Part shown: piece by piece, positions 14,589-26,265 of the stretch
Layout: each line of letters starts with the position of its first letter
Position numbering within the stretch: the stretch's first letter is position 1
Assembly: GCA_036172245.1 (NCBI GenBank)
Contig: JAYWIR010000055.1
Location: forward strand, 62,001-126,000
Reading direction: 5' to 3'
Length of the DNA stretch: 64,000 nt
Origin: Raillietiella orientalis
Lineage: Eukaryota
Translations under genes and position numbers: made by a program
The notes under the pieces: generated by a model
What the model saw: the letters and a program-made list of their open reading frames with translations, nothing else
Database searches by the model: none
What the model was told of the DNA's origin: nothing

Positions 14589-14967
14589 ACACCGGCGACA
14601 CGCTTCCCGGCGTAGGCACTTTCTCTCCTCCCGTGGTCGATGGTCCGGAAACCGGCTCCGTCGTCGACGAGGGCGTCGTTCCACTCGCCTTAGGGGACGA
14701 CGAAACGCTCGCACTCTCCGTCTTGCTCTTCGTGGGTGTCGAAGGACCCGCTGCAGTGCTGCTGCCCGCCTCCGGGGACGTCGCGTTCGCAGAAACAGTG
14801 CTCGGTGCTCCCGTCGTAGGCTGGTGATCCTGGACCACTGCTCGTGCCCACACTTCCCGGCGTTCGAGTCGGAGAAGCCGTCACCGTACGCGTCGGTCGC
14901 TTCGTCGGAACTTCCGTGCTCACCTCCACCGACGACTCAGGGGTTCGTCTTCCAGTCGTCGACGGAC

Positions 14968-15000
<33 letters not shown>

Positions 15001-15786
15001 ACACCGGCGACACGCTTCCCGGCGTAGGCACTTTCTCTCCTCCCGTGGTCGATGGTCCGGAAACCGGCTCCGTCGTCGACGAGGGCGTCGTTCCACTCGC
15101 CTTAGGGGACGACGAAACGCTCGCACTCTCCGTCTTGCTCTTCGTGGGTGTCGAAGGACCAGCTGCAGTGCTGCTGCCCGCCTCCGGACGTCGCGTTCGC
15201 AGAAACAGTGCTCGGTGCTCCCGTCGTAGGCTGCGATCCTGGACCACTGCTCGTGCCCACACTTCCCGGCGTTCGAGTCGGAGAAGCCGTCACCGTACGC
15301 GTAGGTCGCTTCGTCGGAACTTCCGTGCTCACCTCCACCGACGACTCCTCAGGGGTTCGTCTTCCAGTCGTCGACGGACGCGTGGTCGTGGTCGTGGTCG
15401 TGGTCGGGGCGACACCGGCGACACGCTTCCCGGCGTAGGCACTTTCCTCCCGTGGTCGATGGTCCGGAAACCGGCTCCGTCGTCGACGAGGGCGTCGTTC
15501 CACTCCGCCTTAGGGGACGACGAAACGCTCGCACTCTCCGTCTTGCTCTTCGTGGGTGTCGAAGGACCCGCTGCAGTGCTGCTGCCCGCCTCCGGGGACG
15601 TCGCGTTCGCAGAAACAGTGCTCGGTGCTCCCGTCGTAGGCTGCGATCCTGGACCACTGCTCGTGCCCACACTTCCCGGCGTTCGAGTCGGAGAAGCCGT
15701 CACCGTACGCGTCGGTCGCTTCGTCGGAACTTCCGTGCTCACCTCCACCGACGACTCAGGGGTTCGTCTTCCAGTCGTCGACGGAC

Positions 15787-15825
<39 letters not shown>

Positions 15826-16203
15826 ACACCGGCGACACGCTTCCCGGCGTAGGCACTTTCTCTCCTCCCGTGGTCGATGGTCCGGAAACCGGCTCCGTCG
15901 TCGACGAGGGCGTCGTTCCACTCGCCTTAGGGGACGACGAAAACGCTCGCACTCTCCGTCTTGCTCTTCGTGGTGTCGAAGGACCCGCTGCAGTGCTGCT
16001 GCCCGCCTCCGGGGACGTCGCGTTCGCAGAAACAGTGCTCGGTGCTCCCGTCGTAGGCTGCGATCCTGGACCACTGCTCGTGCCCACACTTCCCGGCGTT
16101 CGAGTCGGAGAAGCCGTCACCGTACGCGTCGGTCGCTTCGTCGGAACTTCCGTGCTCACCTCCACCGACGACTCAGGGGTTCGTCTTCCAGTCGTCGACG
16201 GAC

Positions 16204-16242
<39 letters not shown>

Positions 16243-16620
16243 ACACCGGCGACACGCTTCCCGGCGTAGGCACTTTCTCTCCTCCCGTGGTCGATGGTCC
16301 GGAAACCGGCTCCGTCGTCGACGAGGGCGTCGTTCCACTCGCCTTAGGGGACGACGAAACGCTCGCACTCTCCGTCTTGCTCTTCGTGGGTGTCGAAGGA
16401 CCCGTTGCAGTGCTGCTGCCCGCCTCCGGGGACGTCGCGTTCGCAGAAACAGTGCTCGGTGCTCCCGTCGTAGGCTGCGATCCTGGACCACTGCTCGTGC
16501 CCACACTTCCCGGCGTTCGAGTCGGAGAAGCCGTCACCGTACGCGTCGGTCGCTTCGTCGGAACTTCCGTGCTCACCTCCACCGACGACTCAGGGGTTCG
16601 TCTTCCAGTCGTCGACGGAC

Positions 16621-16659
<39 letters not shown>

Positions 16660-17039
16660 ACACCGGCGACACGCTTCCCGGCGTAGGCACTTTCTCTCCT
16701 CCCGTGGTCGATGGTCCGGAAACCGGCTCCGTCGTCGACGAGGGCGTCGTTCCACTCGCCTTAGGGGACGACGAAACGCTCGCACTCTCCGTCTTGCTCT
16801 TCAAAAGGTGTCGAAGGACCTGCTGCAGTGCTGCTGCCCGCCCTCCGGGGACGTCGCGTTCGCAGAAACAGTGCTCGGTGCTCCCGTCGTAGGCTGCGAT
16901 CCTGGACCACTGCTCGTGCCCACACTTCCCGGCGTTCGAGTCGGAGAAGCCGTCACCGTACGCGTCGGTCGCTTCGTCGGAACTTCCGTGCTCACCTCCA
17001 CCGACGACTCAGGGGTTCGTCTTCCAGTCGTCGACGGAC

Positions 17040-17078
<39 letters not shown>

Positions 17079-19168
17079 ACACCGGCGACACGCTTCCCGG
17101 CGTAGGCACTTTCTTCCTCCCGTGGTCGATGGTCCGGAAACCGGCTCCGTCGTCGACGAGGGCGTCGTTCCACTCGCCTTAGCGGACGACGAAACGCTCG
17201 CACTCTCCGTCTTGCTCTTCGTGGGTGTCGAAGGACCCGCTGCAGTGCTGCTGCCCGCCTCCGGGGACGTCGCGTTCGCAGAAACAGTGCTCGGTGCTCC
17301 CGTCGTAGGCTGCGATCCTGGACCACTGCTCGTGCCCACACTTCCCGGCGTTCGAGTCGGAGAAGCCGTCACCGTACGCGTCGGTCGCTTCGTCGGAACT
17401 TCCGTGCTCACCTCCACCGACGACTCAGGGTTTCGTCTTCCAGTCGTCTCGACGGACGCGTGGTCGTGGTCGTGGTCGTGGTCGACACCGGCGACACGCT
17501 TCCCGGCGTAGGCACTTTCTCTCCTCCCGTGGTCGATGGTCCGGAAACCGGCTCCGTCGTCGACGAGGGCGTCGTTCCACTCGCCTTAGGGGACGACGAA
17601 ACGCTCGCACTCTCCGTCTTGCTCTTCGTGGGTGTCGAAGGACCCGCTGCAGTGCTGCTGCCCGCCTCCGGGGACGTCGCGTTCGCAGAAACAGTGCTCG
17701 GTGCTCCCGTCGTAGGCTGCGATCCTGGACCACTGCTCGTGCCCACACTTCCCGGCGTTCGAGTCGGAGAAGCCGTCACCGTACGCGTCGGTCGCTTCGT
17801 GGGTGCTTCCGTGCTGATTTTCACCGTCGTACGATGGCTGGCAGTGGCAGTTGAGGGATGCTGGGTGATGTGAGTTGGTATCTTTGGCTTTGTGGGTGTT
17901 CCTGTGCAAGGTTTGGGTGAATTCGGTTTTGTGCATGGACACATTTTTTGTTTTTTCTTTTGTTTCTTTTTTTTTCTTCGCCGATGTTTTTTAGGTTTTT
18001 TAGTGGTTGTTGGTTTTTCGGTGGTTGTTGGTTTTTTGGTTGTTGTTGCTTTTTCGGTGGTTGTTGCTTTTTCGGTGGTTGTTGGTTTTTTGGTGGATGT
18101 TGATTTTTTAGTTGGGAGGAGGTATTCGTAGTAATAATTATTGTTTTCGTGCGCTCCTATTGTTTGTGATTGAGGTTCACCGTCGTCGTAATTCGTAGGT
18201 GGTCCATATTGTCCGTAGTGGTATGCTGGACCGTATTGGTCGTAATCGAAATTTCTTGATTTCTGATTATTTTGGCGTTGCTCGACGTTAGTGTCTTGTT
18301 TTTGCTCTTGGCTTTCCAGGTTTTGAATTGCAGTTTGTTTTTCTCTATATTGAAAGTTCTCTGATTGAATTTCTGTGTTTCTGGTATTTTGCAGAATTTC
18401 TTTTGCATTGATTTCTGTTAGTTTCTGATTATTCGTTTCCATTGGTTGGTTTATTTCTTTTTGCTTATTCATTGTTATGCCTTTTATTAAGTCTTCTGTG
18501 TGTTTTGCACTTTGTTCATATCGTTGTTTAATTCCGTTATATTGTTTTTGATCCTCCGTGTTTGGGTTCTTCTGTTTTTGCGCATCTCCGTCTGTTTGGA
18601 TTTCGTTTTCTGTACTTGTTGCTAGGCATGCTGTGGAAAGATCAATGAATATGCTGCCAATATTGCACGTGGTCATATTCTCGCTTTAGTGTTTTGACCT
18701 CCGATTTCCTTTCACAAGCATTTTCCCACCAATAGCATTCACGTGCCCATTACGTATCCCCGAGGCGACCACGACACGTTCCATCAAATCTTTTGCATCC
18801 CAAGCCCCTTTCATTTGTTCGTTGCTGCCATCGTTTTTTGCTCGTGTTCTCCGCGTACAATCGCGCGATCCGCAGCGATGGTCATGTTCCCCTTTCGGAA
18901 GGCCCCCTTTTCGCCCAGTTAATTTGACCTGGGTTTGTTGAGGCGGCATCCCCTCGAGCGGCTTGTCCGTTTCAAGTTCGTCCCAAGCCGTTCGTTTCGT
19001 TTTTTCGTCTTTCCGCGATGCTGAGGATCGCGCACGCCATCGATTGCCACGGATGCCTTTGGTGTCCGATTTCGCCACCACCCTGTTTTGCTTTCGTTTG
19101 CAGCTCCTCCCCTTTAACCTACCTGCCACCATGAGCAATGTCAGGGTTCCTTTCCAGATTTCCATCAT
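11537..19168 (-). CDS. Secreted mucin/glue-like protein (orphan); exons 19168-19123, 18630-11953 (spans the repeat array and gap), 11909-11733, 11682-11537
   Basis: The signal-peptide exon MMEIWKGTLTLLMVA splices G|GTAGG...CCACAG in frame to ACLATSTENE. A Q/N/K-rich region, YGQYGP, YYYEY, TTKKP/TTEK repeats, a polybasic run and CPC follow, then 139-aa S/T/P repeats. Phase-compatible 43- and 50-nt GT-AG introns lead to a Cys-rich tail. Indels within the array are probably assembly errors. Confidence 0.8.
12284..12382. other. Assembly gap (~100 N) at the edge of the tandem array
   Basis: Run of N. Confidence 0.99.
12383..17810 (-). repeat. Coding tandem array, 417-bp unit (139 aa), ~13 copies, each with an internal (ACCACG)n poly-Thr microsatellite
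   Basis: Equivalent positions recur at 15672/16089/16506 (417-bp period). Units are near-identical apart from small indels. Confidence 0.95.
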
Positions 19169-19446
19169 CCTCGAAGGGTTGTGGACAATATCTGTCTGGA
19201 TAGGTTGCTTGCCGTCCGCATCTTGCAAGTGGTGTGTTGTCCTAGGTGGAGCCCTTTAACTTTAAAGAGCCATCCACACCTGAGACAAACAAGTGTTCGG
19301 CTGTGGGCCCTGTCTGCGCTTTGGTTGTGCTGAACGGCTGGCGTCGGAGCAGCGCTGCAGCCACTCGTGTCAGCTGTCGTCAGCCCTGCTGCTGTCGAAG
19401 CGGTGCAGCCTAGCAGGAGCGGGGAGAGTTGGCTCCTTCCACTCGC

Positions 19447-20960
19447 AGCGTGGACGGCTGTTGCTGCTTGCGTGTCAATCGGGATCGTCCTCACTCTTCG
19501 CGACGTGCTGCTTGCAAGGCGCGCCGTGAAACCATCGCGGTTTCAAGGCGCCTCGGTTTCGACCCCAATCTGTCGCGTCCGCGTCAGGAGGGTGCATACG
19601 CGCGTACAACGGTGACCTCTTGACGCAAGACAAAGCGACTGGCGTTCCAGGAGACTGTGCCTTTCTTTCGCAGACGGCTGCGGCGACACCGATCCTTTGC
19701 CCCGCAACGTTCGTGTCTGTCTTGCTGCCTTCCTCATCGCATCTTCCCGCGAATCTGCCATGAGGAACGGAAGCGGTCCGCTCCTTGGCTCTCGTCCTCT
19801 AGCCCTCCATCACGAGAGGTTGGCCACTTGCCCCTTTTCAACACGGGCTCTTAGCGACTCGGGAACAGCAGTCAGCGTGCGGGCATCGTCTCTTCCTCCT
19901 TGCACTGCTGCTCCCGCTTCGCAGGCAGAGGCGCCCATGCGGGAAGCATCGCCAGTGCTTTCCGTTCTGCTGGACCCCAAACACGTGGAGCACCGTCGCG
20001 TTCCTCCGCATCCTGGGAAACGGAAAGCGCGGACGGAACGCGTCTCCCGTTCCATGCGGTTGGCATCTCGCTCGTCTCTTCCTTCTTAGTCCTTGTCGTG
20101 TTCCCAGCACGGTTTCTATGCTTCTCCAGATCCGCCTTGGTTACAGTCGCATCCGGGTGAGGGAGGAATGCGCAGGAAGCGGTTTCTTCGCATGCGTGGA
20201 TTGGCCACTGCTGGTTCGCCCTCCTCCACGTCTCCTCTGAGGGCACGTCTTCTTTACACCACAACCCTGGTTTCCTTTCCCTGCCGCACCTTACGAGAGT
20301 CCGTCGCTCACCCCCCAGGATGGACGGGTGTTCTTCGTGTCGCAAACGGAAAACATCACGGAACGCACAATTCCTTGCGCGGGTGGCGAAGTAGCGTTTC
20401 GTGTTTTGAGAGGGAAAAAGTCTTTGTGGAACGTTGGCGAGGGCGCCGTGCCGCGAATCGCGTCTATCCTCGCAAGCGCCCGAAACTCCCTCAGCCGATT
20501 CCATGGAACCCGGGAATGCTGTCAGGGTCGTTGCGACGCCCCTTTCCCCGCTGCCGGTGCAAACCGCCCCACCACGCCCTCGTCGTTTGAAGAGGAACCG
20601 TGGCCAAGCAACGGACACTCCAGCGACCGAATTGCAGCGGATCGTCTGAGTGAGTGAAGAGTTTCTCGAATGTGAGGCTGCGCTCTTCCTTCGGTTGACG
20701 CCGTGCGGGCCCACCTCGCCGCCGGCCAGCTACCGTGGTGAGGAATCGAAAGTTCGAGAATTCCGCGCGGAAGGCCGCGCACTTGGTATGCGGCTGACGA
20801 CTTTCGGCTCGGAGACAACTGCGCTCGTCTCACTGGAACGAAATGAGCGCAGTTGTCGTGTTTTCGGGAGAGTCGCTGCAAAGGTTGGAATCTGCAAGTT
20901 GTTTTCGCGGTTTCTCTGCGTGCTGCACGACCCTCTTGCCGGTTGCTAATGGCCACCCTT
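19447..20960. repeat. Direct repeat copy B, forming the upstream region of the mucin gene
   Basis: Appears identical to 1-1514. It begins ~280 nt upstream of the mucin ATG at 19168, but the true left edge cannot be defined because copy A is cut by the window. Confidence 0.95.
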
Positions 20961-22149
20961 TAGCAGCCGCACGCGACGTGCTAACTAATCGAAAAATGTG
21001 TGAAGCGATTTGGATGGCGTCAAGTCACGTCAACGTGTGACCGGAGTTGCACGTGTGTCGACATTTCTCTTGTTTTGCCTCCTGAAGAGTTTTTTGGATT
21101 CATTTGCTTTTTAGAGATGCATGAACTGCGTCGCATTTTGAGGATTATCACTGATTGTCTCGATGGAATGCTGAGATCTTTTGGTCTGTTCTTGTGGTAT
21201 TCTTGTGGTACTTTGAGCTCTGTACTATTTCTTTTAATATCACATGTATGGTACAGTAGTAGCAGTTCTTGGACTGTTTGTTTCTTCGGTTTCTGCTCCC
21301 TAGTTTTTCTCGAAAGATTCTTTCTTTGCACATAGCTTGTCGTATGGAAATTTTGTTTCTAGCAGAATATTTCTTGTTAGAGCATTCGTGATTTGGCGGA
21401 AGTTGATGGCATTTCTGGGTATGGGTAGTGCAGCCTTCCTGAAGATATGGATTTCGTTGTCTTTGAAAATGCGTTCGACTTGGCGTGCCAATGACAGTGT
21501 GAGGAAAATCCACTGTTTTTCATATCTGAAGCACGTTTCAATTTTTGTGTGTTTTAGTTCTTTTTCAAGCTGTAAAAGCCATTTTATTTATATTTAACAC
21601 TACTCGGTTTTATTGGGGGGACCTTAGTTTTTTCACTAATGATTCTGTCATTGGCTTGAATGCGTAGGCGCACATGAATGTGAGGTTTTTCCTGGCTGTG
21701 GCATGAGTTCACGACACTGACGGAAAATCGAGCTTTGCCTTATGTGTTTGTCTACCAAATGAGATATTTGTTCCCTCTTTCCAGGAATGAACTAGCAGCA
21801 TAGGTATTCAATATATTGAGCTTCGAGGATTGTCCGAGGTTGTCCGAGGTATAGGTTGTTCGTATTTGCTCCTTTTTTTATCAAGAAACCCTCGGTATAC
21901 TCGAACCGTATACAAAGGTTGTTCATAATGTTCCATTGACCCGGTTACCTCTGTTTGATTCTTCGCTATTTCAATATTTTCGTGGTAGAATATCCTTCAG
22001 ACCACGCTTTCAGTTTAACTTCTGCCCTCAGGGAATTCGTTGAGGAAAAACAAAAGAGCAAAACAGAAATCCAAGTATCAGCTTGCTGCGAAATACCTTC
22101 ACGAAGTGTCCTTCAGTTGATGAAGGACTGTACAGTGTTTATAGTCGCC

Positions 22150-22620
22150 ATCGTACCAATTGGCCTGTCATCATCTAGGATTGTCATATAGTTTTCGGTG
22201 CGGGGCAATCCATAAAGTGCATGTCGCACACAGGTTGTCTCCGATACCAGCAAAGACATGTTCGCGAATAGTGCAGGGCATTTTTCTGGAAACGATAGGA
22301 TGCGGAAGCATTTTTTCCATTTGCTTCAAGACGCTTGATTCTCGTACATCTTTCGAAAGAGGCCACACGTCCACGCTTTCGTTGGAATCGGCTGGCATCA
22401 ATAATCAAATCTGTTGCCAAGTTAATGAAGAAGATGACCATCACTGACACTGACTTCTCGAAAAGATGACTTCCTAATGGTTGGTGTATAAACGAGTGTA
22501 CAAAGTCCCAACTTTTCGTGTTTTTCTGATGCATGATTTGACCTAGTGGGAGGTGATATCTGTGAACTTTTGTCCTATAAAGGGGAAATCCGTCCAAGGC
22601 AACCAACCATTAGCGGAATT
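22150..22620 (-). mobile_element. Possible CMC-superfamily (EnSpm/Mirage-like) transposase remnant
   Basis: Fragments VALDGFPLYRT (cf. NxDGLPL) and VFAGIGDNL lie in different frames in the expected order. Confidence 0.3.
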
Positions 22621-23877
22621 GATTTTGCAAAGAGACTCCTCGATTTACGGAGTGAAGGCTTGATCATCGCTAGCGCCGGGTATCGAAATTCATGAAAGCT
22701 TTCCAAAGCCACAGCGAGAATCACGATGCTGCTGCAAGCAGCCAAGTTTCGTTCTTCTGGACACTTTTTTTAACAGAAGCAATCTCCGAGTAGGGGAATG
22801 AATCCCCATGCGCTGCTGTGGAAACAGGAGACCAAATGAGGACCACTTTGAAATGCAACGCCGCGGGTCCATGCACTTTGCTCCGGGGAAAGAGGGTACT
22901 TTTGAGCCCTTGACACCGTACTTCTCACCGGATGCTGTTTGCTTTAGGAATTCGAATCTACGACCATAATCTTGCACGTATCTCCATGAACGGTCGATCG
23001 CGCTGCTCCACATGATCACAATCTTCGACTCTCACGGAAAAAAATTAAGTAATGTAATTTCCAAGCTAAACTCAGTGTTTGACAGTAAAAGCTTTCACAG
23101 CAAACTTCTCAAATGAACTTGTTTGTGGTTTTATCGATGGAAATCTGGGGGTAAAAGTCGGGTTTGCTGATTCTTGATGGAAACGAAACTTTCCTAGAAA
23201 TTTTATTTGAAACAGAAGACTCATCGCTGCCTATCGTGGGTGCACCTAGTCTTTGGTGTTGAGTAAAAAAACGTTTCGTGAATGAACGCAGTTATCATGG
23301 TTGATCCGGAGTGCTTTTCCATGATGAAACCTTCGAGACAGATGTGTTGTTGCCTTGGTAAGCATTCTGAATACCATCCAAACAACGCTCCTTCTTGAAG
23401 ATGAAGAACGACATGAGCAGCTCCGAACCTTTCAGACAAACGAAACTTGACTGAGCGGACCCCGTCAAAACTTTAAGCATTGCAAACCTTAAAACGACCT
23501 TAAACGTAATCTCAAATTCAAATTTTGATGCAGGGACTGCCACGGAATACGTAAAACGGTTGCACAACGAGCCACGGCTATACGATAGTCAGCAGGGTGC
23601 ATGATGTACGGAAGGTGCACGTTTACGATACGTGGATTCTGAGGTTGCTACGAGAAAGGCATTGGCATTTTGAATTTTCGTGGGAAAGAGATCCTGGGAG
23701 AATTCTTCTCACGTGAACTTCAAACTTCTGAAGTTTCCGGCGCGGGTCAGTTTCAGTCACTGCAGAAGCCTTTTAACATTCAATGCAATTTAAAGAGCAA
23801 CATGTTCCACAGAGTCAAAGCGTATGTTTGAAATAGCAATAGCAGAATCCTTTGTGAGATGGCGACTGTAAACGACA

Positions 23878-23915
23878 ATCGCTTCTTGGCCTTTTGGCTA
23901 AGATCAAAGTGTAGT
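23878..23915 (+). pseudogene. U2: U2 snRNA 5' fragment (nt 1-38), 3'-truncated
   Basis: atcgcttcttggccttttggctaagatcaaagtgtagt matches the conserved U2 5' end with one CpG->TpG change. It stops in the branch-point recognition sequence; no stem-loop II or Sm site follows. Confidence 0.92.
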
Positions 23916-26265
23916 GGGAAATCTTTCCCTATTTTGATTCGGTGAAAGCCATGTGTCTCCAAGAAAGACCAAGTGTACCAGGGTGTGTGAGGATTGTTGG
24001 CAAGACAACTGCCCTGGCCAGAGTCGCCCTTCCTCTTTCTGCATTGATCATCTTGTGCGTGAAAACAGGATACACGCTCATTTGTTTTTGAGCAAGAGGT
24101 TGCAGACTTCCTCTCCCGCAACTGTGTGTGCTCCCAAGAGCTTTACCATCAATTTCTTTTTGTAGAATTCTGACCACATTGGGTAACCGTGCTAACTAAG
24201 TGGAGCATGTTGCTCTTCGAATTGCATCGAGCGTTAAAAGGTCTCTGCGGTGGCTGAGATGAGGAGCTGAACCTTTGCTTCTCAAAATAAATGCTTGCCC
24301 ACACTGAAAACTTCGACGTAATAGAGGGAAAGCAGACTGAAGAAGCAATCCTCATTATGGTTATGTTGGAACGATCAGATGTCTATTAAGCCAGAGACCT
24401 TGTGTGTTTGCAATTCTTGAGAGTTTTACACAGAACAAGGGCTTCACTATTCTTCCAGCTCACTTTAACACATCTTAACAAAACAAGAATTAAACTTTCC
24501 ACTTTCTTCACAGAGAACATCTGTATTGGTGGCAAGTGGAATTTTGATAAGAAAGTACAACTGATTGCAGTCTACATGAAGCATTAACTCAGCTAGCTAA
24601 ATAAATATATCAAGAATTCTACTTATCATTGATCAGACTTGCATGAGCAATGCAGAAACCATGCTCCTACTACTGTTTAATGAACACCAAAGCAATATAA
24701 AGTGAGAATTCATTTCAAAATCTGACAGATGTGTTCCTTCATCATTTTTTTCCTCTCGTTAACTTTGGTAAATAGATGACACATTATAAAACTATTACCG
24801 AGTTCATATGCTCGATAAGATTAAACATTTGCTTTTCATCAGGGAAAAAACTCTTCTCAAAACTCTTCTCCAAAATACCTTAGCAAGAAACACTTTCAAT
24901 CTTCAACTGTCTAAATACAGCTCTCGAAATCCTTACTAGTGACACACTAGGCCATGATCTCCAACACCAAAAAATGTAGCCATAAAAGACATTAGTTTTA
25001 GAAAAATTTTCAGGAGTCAAATAATTTGTGGGACTTTCTGGATTCTTTAAACATCAGAAATATCAACTAGTAATCTAATCAGAAACACTGTATACTCCAA
25101 ACTGATGCCCTGCTTGTCACAGCATTTGTACAATTTTTCTAACCCAGCTGCTAACTATTGATTACTTTATAGAGCATTCAATATGTAAGTGGGTTTACGT
25201 CTACCATTGGAACTGACAGTCTATGCCTATCAAAAAAATGACAGACATTTTCCAAGGGCTTCCTTTCTTTATTTATTTTGGTTACATCCAAAAATGAATA
25301 CTTTGTCTATAAGCGACAAATACCTTGCTAACAAGTTTTATAATTCATCTTTGGAGAAACAATCATTGCTTGAATCACAGAACTAGAGATGATCCACAAA
25401 TATCTACTATAAATATTATTGAATTTATAAATAATGAGCTCTATGAAAATGACAGCATTCTCAGCAGAACTTTTGGGGCACTGAACACAAAATTATCAAT
25501 GAATCTACTGACCTTGACATTAATATGAACACAATGAAGTGTTTGATAGTTTTTTCATTTGTACTGGGTAAATAAACATCCAACCACTCCTGTCTTACAA
25601 GTTATACTTTCAATCTTGCATTATATGATGTACATACCTATTCACTTTTTTGTTTTTGTTTTTGTTTTTGTTTTTCAAGTTATATGCTTTTTATACAGGA
25701 TGCCAGTGTGCTGTCTCCAAACACTATAATTCATCCATCCACAATATAAGCAGTGCCTTCCTGCAACTGAACTAGTTAATTTTTATTTCAATTTTTCATC
25801 ATTTGTCAGAAATACCATAAAGTCACTTTCGAATTAACAAAGCTTTCTTTTTGGTACATCATTATTTAAGTCTAAATACCAACATACATACATGCATCAC
25901 TGTGCTTGTTTTCATCTTTAGAGTTAAAAACTTCTTGAAACATTCACATATCTAAAGATTTACAAATAAGAATTGCTGAAAATAATGAATATGAGTCATG
26001 AAGATACTGATTCTGTAAAGAGGGAGGGAAAAAAAACTGATTATATTAAAATCCAAAGCTCACAGGACAAAGGAATTTTTTTTAATGTTGAAATACTGCA
26101 AAACCAGATATTTTCGTCATCACATTACAGTAACTGCATTGTCTCTCAACTATAACAAGTTTCATCACCAAAACAGTTAACTGAGATGTTAGCCTGAGGG
26201 ATTTAACTATTGATAATCTGGACTACAAAACTCGTCTTATAAAATTAATCTAAGGATTCAACAGT

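Noticed and set aside
12383..17810. CRISPR array, or long + strand ORFs (682 aa poly-Val, 576 aa Arg-rich)
   Set aside because: There are no unique spacers and the context is eukaryotic. These ORFs are antisense shadows of the GC-rich mucin repeat.
1..20960. Giant LTR retrotransposon bounded by the two direct repeats
   Set aside because: No TG..CA end, PBS/PPT or gag-pol is visible, and the interior holds an intron-containing host-type gene. Segmental duplication fits better.
21020..21513. Coding exons, or paralogy with 1860-1990
   Set aside because: Only short shared words in skewed-composition sequence, with no convincing ORF or splice pattern.
22648..22675. U1 snRNA-like cggagtgaaggcttgatcatcgc
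   Set aside because: Short gapped match with no ATACTTACCTG 5' end; likely chance.
21830..24872. Short tandem duplications (ttgtccgagg x2 near 21830; aaaactcttctc x2 near 24848)
   Set aside because: Ordinary slippage or repair duplications with no further structure.
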